Origin: an uncultured Chlamydiae bacterium
Lineage (GTDB): Bacteria; Chlamydiota; Chlamydiia; Chlamydiales; Parachlamydiaceae
Assembly: GCA_963830365.1 (NCBI GenBank)
Contig: CAWHMU010000011.1
Span: 1 to 13,780 of the forward strand
Reading direction: 5' to 3'
Length of the DNA stretch: 13,780 nucleotides
Shown: positions 8,220 to 13,780 of the stretch, piece by piece
Layout: each line of letters opens with the position of its first letter
How positions within the stretch are numbered: the first letter of the stretch is position 1
Program-made: the position numbers and the translations under genes
Notes under the pieces: generated by a model
Seen by the model: only the letters and a program-made list of their open reading frames with translations
Database searches by the model: none
What the model was told of the DNA's origin: nothing

Positions 8220-8921
8220 TTAATAGCGCGCGCGATCGGGCATGACAGAGAATTTCTTCCATATCTCGACCGCTTCAGGGCGCATGAGTTCGGTGAATGT
8301 AATCTTTCGGCTTTTGGGATCTTTGCGAATTTCAGCCAGGAAATCGACGTCTTGGAAATCCCCATATTTCAAGGAATCTTCGATGCGGGCGCCGTAGTAA
8401 ATGTGGTCGATATGTGCCCAGTAAGCGGCACATAGGCACATCGGACAGCATTCTGCACTGGTATAGAGGATACAGCCGTCCAGATGCGTGGTTCCAAGCT
8501 TTTTGCAGGCCTCTTTAATGGCATGGATTTCGGCATGCCAAGTGGGGTCGTTGTGCCTGACGACCTGATTATAGCCTTCACCGATGATCTTGCCGTCCTT
8601 GACAATGACTGCGCCAAAGACGCCGCCGGATTTTTCGATCAGGGAGGCGCGCTCGCTTAAGTCGATAGCTCTTTGCATGAAGGCTTCATGGGTATTTCCA
8701 TGGCTATTCCCATGGCTATTTCCAAGGGAATGTTCGTGGGCATGTGCGTTTGCTACGGCATGACCGCCGCAGCAGCCGGACCGTTTGGCGCTGTCTGTTA
8801 AAGGGGCAAGCTTGGATTTTTCGGCGGCAGGCTTATGATCTGCTGCATGCTTATGATCTGTTGAATGACCACCGCAGCAGCCGGCGTGTTTAGTATGCTC
8901 GTCTGAATGGGAATGCTTCAT
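8220..8921 (-). CDS. Guanine/nucleoside deaminase (CDA-fold, GuaD-like) with a His/Cys-rich N-terminal extension
   Basis: GGVFGAVIVKDG, DPTWHAEIHAI and CCPMCLCAAYWA Zn-binding motifs and a YGFQD-like (YGDFQD) segment. The first ~77 aa are His-rich. Confidence 0.88.
   Translation of the reverse strand: MKHSHSDEHTKHAGCCGGHSTDHKHAADHKPAAEKSKLAPLTDSAKRSGCCGGHAVANAHAHEHSLGNSHGNSHGNTHEAFMQRAIDLSERASLIEKSGGVFGAVIVKDGKIIGEGYNQVVRHNDPTWHAEIHAIKEACKKLGTTHLDGCILYTSAECCPMCLCAAYWAHIDHIYYGARIEDSLKYGDFQDVDFLAEIRKDPKSRKITFTELMRPEAVEIWKKFSVMPDRARY
8687..8722 (-). repeat. In-frame 12-bp tandem repeat x3 (GNSH-GNSH-GNTH)
   Basis: CATGGGTATTTC CATGGCTATTCC CATGGCTATTTC on the + strand. Confidence 0.85.
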
Positions 8922-8970
8922 AATTTTTCTCCTGGGTTATACTCATCAGAAATATGGATCCGTAAATCGG

Positions 8971-9055
8971 ATTAGAAAACAAAATCTTTATCTTGTCAAT
9001 CGATGCTATTGACAGCATCCGGTGAAAATTACATATTTAATATTTCAATTGAAAT
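8971..9055. promoter_or_regulatory. Back-to-back sigma70/sigma66-type promoters and a palindromic candidate operator
   Basis: Minus strand: TTGACA (8999-8994), 17 nt, TCTAAT (8976-8971). Plus strand: TTGACA (9009-9014), 17 nt, CATATT (9032-9037). Perfect palindrome ATTTCAATTGAAAT at 9042-9055. Confidence 0.5.
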
Positions 9056-9104
9056 TAAAACACCTAATTTGAACAATGCGAGCTAAAAAAACAATGAGGC
9101 ATAT

Positions 9105-9560
9105 ATGAGAATTAAATCAACTTTAATCGCCTTAGGAGTCATCCTAAGCCCAATCGCGGCTCCCGTCAGCGCATTTTCAGCTAATAAGCATGCATCCCAT
9201 GAAACACATGCACAAGCTAAAGAGCTGGCCTATAAGCAAATCAACGCCAAAGAGCTGAAAAGCTGGATCGATTCGGGCAAGCAAATTCAACTCATCGATG
9301 CCCGTCCAAAAAAATTTGAAGGCGGCGACGTCATCGTCGGAGCCAAATTTTTGGCATATGACTCCGATGAAAAAGCCATCGCCAGGGCCCTCCCTTCAAA
9401 AGAGGCCATCATCGTCACCTACTGCGCCAGCACCAAGTGCCCTGCCAGCGCCTACTTAAGCAACCAGCTGGTGGATTTGGGATACAAGAACGTCTACAAA
9501 TATCCCGGCGGCATAGCAGACTGGATGGCTAAGGACTATCCGACTCAGAAGAGCAAGTAA
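9105..9560 (+). CDS. Exported single-domain rhodanese-like protein
   Basis: Signal peptide, LIDAR, active-site loop TYCASTKCPAS and C-terminal LGYKNVYKYPGGIADW. SD-like GAGG upstream. Confidence 0.9.
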   Translation: MRIKSTLIALGVILSPIAAPVSAFSANKHASHETHAQAKELAYKQINAKELKSWIDSGKQIQLIDARPKKFEGGDVIVGAKFLAYDSDEKAIARALPSKEAIIVTYCASTKCPASAYLSNQLVDLGYKNVYKYPGGIADWMAKDYPTQKSK

Positions 9561-9609
9561 TCAAGGCGCAGCGTTTGGTGTTAAGCCACGTTCTTTTTGG
9601 TCTGAAAGG

Positions 9610-9772
9610 TATACTGCAGGCGGCATCAAAGTTCGATTTATGGATGTAGATGTTCGCGCCTGCACGCTGTTAAAAAAACCTGACATACATATTTGTAGGC
9701 TCGTTTTTGAAACAGCGTGCAGGCGCGAAAAGAAGCGTTCATAAATCGAGCTCTGCTGCCGGCTGCAGTATA
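9610..9772. mobile_element. Palindromic MITE-like element, 163 bp, TATAC...GTATA ends
   Basis: Terminal arms TATACTGCAGGCGGCATCAAAGTTCGATTTATGGATG / CGTTCATAAATCGAGCTCTGCTGCCGGCTGCAGTATA (31/37) and an inner perfect 19-bp stem (9653-9671 / 9711-9729). Confidence 0.78.
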
Positions 9773-9847
9773 GCCTACGCTGTGCGTTTGAAGTATGCCA
9801 AAATCCTTCCTTAAATCAGCATAAAACTCACCCATAAGAAACTATAG

Positions 9848-11560
9848 ATGAACAATTCAACTTTTTCTACTCTCCCATGCATTGCCCGTACGGCAAAAGA
9901 AGAGCCCATAGCTAAAACAACAAGCGCCAAACCAGCTCCTGCCGTAGCCCAGCATGGCCGCCTCTGGCACATTTTACATGGCATAAAAGGACTCTTCAAC
10001 TGCCTGCCGTGCTTTGAGCCGGCATCACAGCAACAGTCCCCCGGCAACTCCCCTGTCCCCTTGCGCATCATGACGTTCAATATATGGCGCGGCGGTGATC
10101 AGGTAGATCTTGGCATGACTGCCAAAGCGATTCAGGCCGCCAAGGCCGATGTTGTCGGCATCCAGGAATCCGACGGCAACTTGAGGCGTTTGGCAGCCAT
10201 GCTCGGCTGGCCGGCTGTCAACGCGCGTGTCAGCATCATCTCCAAATACCCCCTTATCGATCCGCCGGCTAGCGATCAGGGCCATGCCGTCCATAGGGAT
10301 GACGGCTTCACTAATCCCTACACCTTCATCGAAATGCAAACCGGCCGCATCGCCGCCATCGCCAATGTGCATCTTCCCTCCAATGCCTATGGTCCTTATG
10401 CCCTGCGTAAAGGCGCAAGCCCGGCGGAAGTCACCTCCCAGGAAAAACGCCTGCGCCTGGCCGGCGTACAGCCGGTCTATGAAAAACTATTGCAGCTGGA
10501 AGCCAAGGGCATTCCGGTATTCCTCACCGGCGATTTCAATGTCCCTTCACATCTGGATTGGACGGCCAGCACAGCTAAAGTCCATAAACACATCAGATTC
10601 CCGGTTGAGTGGCCGGTCAGCAAGGCGCTGATGGATGCCGGCTTCCGCGACAGCTATCGCGAGATCCATCCGGATCCATGCAGACATCCCGGTTGGACAT
10701 GGACTTCCGGCTATCCCTATCCGCGCATACGCCCCAATGAAATTTTTGACCGCATTGATTTCATCTGGGCCAAAGGTAACTCCAAGACTGTGAGCAGCCA
10801 TGTGGTCGGTGAAGGCGGCAAACATATGATGGATGGACAGCACATCAATAAAGATGTAGCTATCGCCGTTGCGCCTTGGCCTTCCGACCACCGGGCCGTA
10901 GTTTCCGAATTTCTGATCCAGCCGGCCCAAGCTCCCGCCATGCTCTCACTGGACAACCGCCTGGTCAGTTGCGGCGACAATATCCGTCTGCATATGTTCG
11001 GACAGGATAAAATCAATTTAAAAATGGCCCTCATGCCGGCCGGTGGCGATCCGAAAAAGGATCTGCTCACATACGTTGATGCCAATAATGGATGCGACCG
11101 CACATCCGTCATTTTTGGCACCAGTCATCTGAAGCCAGGGGCTTACAAAGCCGCTGTGCTTGATCAGGACAACAACGAGCTGGCGACAGTCAATTTCTGG
11201 ATCAAGGCCAAGGAAGCGGCCTGTGAAATGCGCCTTGACAAACCTGGTGACAAACCAAGCTATGCCTATCAAGAGCCGATAAAGATCAGCTGGCGTTACG
11301 CCCCGGGGAATAAATGGGACTACATCGCTTTTTTCAAGGCAGGAGATGCTGACATAAGCAATCCGCTGGCATTTTGCTATATCAATGCGGGGATCGCAGG
11401 TGCCATCACCTTTAACAAAGAAACTTTGGATGGTCATACCTTTGAACCGGGCGATTACGAAGCTAAACTCTTAGATGATGGCGGCCATGTCCTCCTATCG
11501 ACCGTCAAGTTCAGCGTCGAAGGGCAAAAAGACAAACCTAATAATATTAATTCTAATTAA
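9848..11560 (+). CDS. Endonuclease/exonuclease/phosphatase (EEP) family protein with C-terminal beta-sandwich domains
   Basis: Catalytic motifs MTFNI, VGIQE, NVHL, TGDFN, RIDFI and PSDH. About 70 aa of low-complexity N-terminal extension. Confidence 0.92.
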   Translation: MNNSTFSTLPCIARTAKEEPIAKTTSAKPAPAVAQHGRLWHILHGIKGLFNCLPCFEPASQQQSPGNSPVPLRIMTFNIWRGGDQVDLGMTAKAIQAAKADVVGIQESDGNLRRLAAMLGWPAVNARVSIISKYPLIDPPASDQGHAVHRDDGFTNPYTFIEMQTGRIAAIANVHLPSNAYGPYALRKGASPAEVTSQEKRLRLAGVQPVYEKLLQLEAKGIPVFLTGDFNVPSHLDWTASTAKVHKHIRFPVEWPVSKALMDAGFRDSYREIHPDPCRHPGWTWTSGYPYPRIRPNEIFDRIDFIWAKGNSKTVSSHVVGEGGKHMMDGQHINKDVAIAVAPWPSDHRAVVSEFLIQPAQAPAMLSLDNRLVSCGDNIRLHMFGQDKINLKMALMPAGGDPKKDLLTYVDANNGCDRTSVIFGTSHLKPGAYKAAVLDQDNNELATVNFWIKAKEAACEMRLDKPGDKPSYAYQEPIKISWRYAPGNKWDYIAFFKAGDADISNPLAFCYINAGIAGAITFNKETLDGHTFEPGDYEAKLLDDGGHVLLSTVKFSVEGQKDKPNNINSN

Positions 11561-11617
11561 ATACTAATGGCTGTATCTTTAAATTAGCTATGCGTTTTCA
11601 TAGAAACGGAGGTTTGT

Positions 11618-11878
11618 ATGACTAAATTCTCATTTTTAAAGAAGTCATTAATTTTAATCGCCTTGTGCCCCCTTTTGACCTTGGCAAACACTTATGCCGA
11701 TGAGGCCGAGTTGATAGCTAGAGATGGTGGCCGCGGACAAGCCGGACAACACTACGACCAAGGCCGCCGTGGCTATGACAACGGAGGCGGATATTACGGG
11801 GGAGCTGCCGCTTATCCTTACTATCCAGGCTACACCCTTCCACCTGAAAACTCAGAACATGCCTCCCCATCGCACTGA
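11618..11878 (+). CDS. Small exported Gly/Tyr-rich protein, probably 3'-truncated at the junction
   Basis: GGAGGT SD at 11608-11613, signal peptide and GGGYYGG/YPYYPGY low-complexity body. The last ~10 codons overlap the antisense tail of the phosphatidyltransferase reading frame. Confidence 0.7.
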   Translation: MTKFSFLKKSLILIALCPLLTLANTYADEAELIARDGGRGQAGQHYDQGRRGYDNGGGYYGGAAAYPYYPGYTLPPENSEHASPSH

Positions 11879-12308
11879 TGTATATTTTCTTGGCACCCCA
11901 TGTGGAATAACATCCCTAAATATGTCATTGCTATTATTAAGGTTACTACATATAAGCCCTGTCTTGATAAATGTTTAAATACATAAATAATATAAACATC
12001 AAGCCTAGCACATACAATGTATCACTGATATGATCATAATAATCTCCAAATTTGGTACACATATTATATTTTCTTGCCATGTGCCCATCTAAACAATCGA
12101 AGAAATATCCTATTATTCCATAAAATAAAAATAATGCCTTCCTGTTCTGCAGCAAATAATATATCGATGCTATCCTCGCTATTATACCAAATGTGGTTAC
12201 TATGTTTGGTGTTATACCTATGCTCCTTAATGCAGGAGAAATTTTATCCGATATCTCTATTAATATATCATCTATCGGGTTTTCGAATGCTCTTGGGATT
12301 TTCCTCAT
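11830..12308 (-). pseudogene. CDP-alcohol phosphatidyltransferase, giant-virus-like, frameshifted and apparently 3'-truncated
   Basis: Full signature D-x2-DG-x2-AR...G-x3-D-x3-D (DCLDGHMARKYNMCTKFGDYYDHISD) in ORF 12308-11946. A -1 frame change near 11970-11995 continues as HLSRQGLYVVTLIIAMTYLGMLFHMGCQENIHQCDGEACSEF until a stop at 11830-11832. Confidence 0.8.
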
Positions 12309-12481
12309 CTATCAAAACTGGTATGTATATGTATCAGTGCTAATACAATAAGAATCTAAAATGGTTATGTATAGAATAGACCAAGCAAATGGGATATTAG
12401 ATAGATATATTATATATTTATCCAATATTAAATTTCAATTAATTGTCCTATTTTGTAAATCATTAATACAAAATCCAATGC

Positions 12482-12490
12482 AAAATTTGA
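12482..12490 (+). promoter_or_regulatory. Variant of the Mimiviridae early promoter motif (AAAATTGA)
   Basis: AAAATTTGA ~80 nt upstream of ATG 12571. One base longer than the canonical motif and in AT-rich DNA, so weak. Confidence 0.3.
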
Positions 12491-12570
12491 TCATTATTTT
12501 TATATTTTTATGCGGTTAATATCAGATTATAGAATAATATCAAACTATAGATATCATTCTAAAACCATAA

Positions 12571-13317
12571 ATGTGGGCTATAATTAAAGCTGTTGCTGTT
12601 GGCGCCGTAGTCATCTCTGTAATCTATTATAATAGAAATAAGAGTTACATCATAACTGAGACCATTCCCAGCTATGCTATGTCATTATATACATCAGCAA
12701 GACTCCTTGTGCGCCATAGAAACAAGAAACCAGTAGACATTAATATTATGGATCAACCGCTAAAATACAGCATCCTGTCAGTCATTGGTTATAATGATAA
12801 ACACCATAATGACTGCACAGATATCTTCAAGGTTTTGTTTTCAAATTCTGATAATTCTTTCGGAGTATCCGACGAAATTATGGATACTATGTATATGTAC
12901 GATAATTTCGTCATCTATTACTCTTTTATGGCTAATCAACTGGAAAATAGCTCTATTGATATCCAAAATTATGCCATTATTATCCCTGCAAAAGCTATCA
13001 CCAATTTTACAATGCCTGCTTATACCGCTAAGGACCTCGAACTTGCCAATGGAGTGGGCTGGGAAGATATCTGGGACCAGGTTATTATCAAAACAGATGA
13101 AGATATACATGAAGTTGAAGATTGTAATGTAATTGATACCCTTGTTATGCACGCTGGACCCCTGAAAGATTATTATGAATCTGTTATGCCCGACTATCTA
13201 TCAATGACTAACTGGAAAACTATAAGAAATTATATCAACCATGATCCCATCCTACTGGAACCCAACAGCACTTTCTATATTACTAGCTCCCTAGGACAAA
13301 CTAAACGATTCAGTTAA
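12571..13317 (+). CDS. Hypothetical protein with N-terminal membrane anchor, NCLDV-like
   Basis: 248-aa ORF in ~30% GC DNA with a hydrophobic N-terminus (AIIKAVAVGAVVISVIYY) and Ile/Asn/Tyr/Asp-rich composition. No SD; start context ATAAATG. Confidence 0.85.
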   Translation: MWAIIKAVAVGAVVISVIYYNRNKSYIITETIPSYAMSLYTSARLLVRHRNKKPVDINIMDQPLKYSILSVIGYNDKHHNDCTDIFKVLFSNSDNSFGVSDEIMDTMYMYDNFVIYYSFMANQLENSSIDIQNYAIIIPAKAITNFTMPAYTAKDLELANGVGWEDIWDQVIIKTDEDIHEVEDCNVIDTLVMHAGPLKDYYESVMPDYLSMTNWKTIRNYINHDPILLEPNSTFYITSSLGQTKRFS

Positions 13318-13453
13318 TAAATATAAAAAATACATATTTAACACTGTATTTAATTCATTATTTGTTTTATTTTTTTATTATATATTTTGACCTAAATACT
13401 AATTTTTAGATCCAAATATATTATGATAGCGTTAATGAACTGTTTCAGAGGTA

Positions 13454-13780
13454 TCATTTTGAATCTGTGATTTTATTTAGAAGATCACATATGCTGTCCC
13501 GATTAATATCAATATTTAAATCTAATATTGTCCTAATAATATCAGCAAAAGATTTGCCTATATATGATAATATCCCACTATCAGATGATGAATAACAATA
13601 TATATGTCCGAATTTATCTGATTTAGGGTTTAGATTTATATGTATGCTCCCAGAACCGTTGTCTACACTATTACAATCAAAAAATATTTCATACCAATCA
13701 TATAAACCTACATTGGGAATTCGTTCCATTGCGTCATTATCTTCGTAATCCAAGATGGCTTCGTCACTAAGTAAAAATAA
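13454..13780 (-). CDS. SMI1/KNR4 (SUKH)-like protein, 5'-partial
   Basis: Frame is open to the window edge (LFLLSDEAI precedes the TTG at 13753). The pattern GSIHINLNP..DKFGHIY...SYIGKSFADII resembles the SUKH C-terminal strands and helix. Confidence 0.6.
   Translation of the reverse strand, partial: LFLLSDEAILDYEDNDAMERIPNVGLYDWYEIFFDCNSVDNGSGSIHINLNPKSDKFGHIYCYSSSDSGILSYIGKSFADIIRTILDLNIDINRDSICDLLNKITDSK

Noticed and set aside
8212..8262. Longer start of the ABM gene at 8262
   Set aside because: It overlaps the deaminase C-terminus by 43 nt, and ATG 8211 gives a cleaner operon arrangement.
54..11437. Numerous antisense or overlapping ORFs (e.g. 54-656, 803-1243, 2097-2504, 10025-10372, 11018-11437)
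   Set aside because: Shadow frames of well-supported genes in GC-rich coding DNA.
13315..13385. Mimivirus-type 3' polyadenylation hairpin between the convergent distal genes
   Set aside because: An A-rich then T-rich tract is present, but pairing is imperfect and low-complexity.

Overview
The window has two parts. Part 1 (1 to ~11845) is bacterial, with hand-counted coding lines at ~55-60% GC. Its gene set suggests an environmental Chlamydiae (Parachlamydiaceae-like) genome, which is an inference. The genes are transaldolase, a hypothetical protein, a pentapeptide-repeat protein, a stand-alone inverse-autotransporter-type beta barrel, DedA, Tag glycosylase, an outer-membrane beta barrel, an ABM-domain membrane protein, a guanine/nucleoside deaminase with a His/Cys-rich tail, an exported rhodanese, an EEP phosphoesterase and a small exported Gly/Tyr-rich protein. 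The intergenic DNA is packed with non-coding inverted-repeat elements. Two are REPIN-like doublets with unrelated sequence but the same hairpin architecture; one shows compensatory base changes and the other is nested inside a 534-bp MITE with 24-bp TIRs and an 8-bp target duplication. There are also two ~165-bp TATAC...GTATA palindromic MITEs and an 8-nt-periodic inverted repeat. Part 2 (~11845 to the end) is abruptly AT-rich (sampled lines 20-32% GC) and looks like giant-virus (NCLDV) DNA. It carries a frameshifted, 3'-truncated CDP-alcohol phosphatidyltransferase, a membrane-anchored hypothetical protein and a partial SMI1/KNR4-like gene. The junction appears to cut through genes on both sides and has no visible att site or TIR. 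It is either an assembly chimera or a real virus-bacterium DNA fusion.
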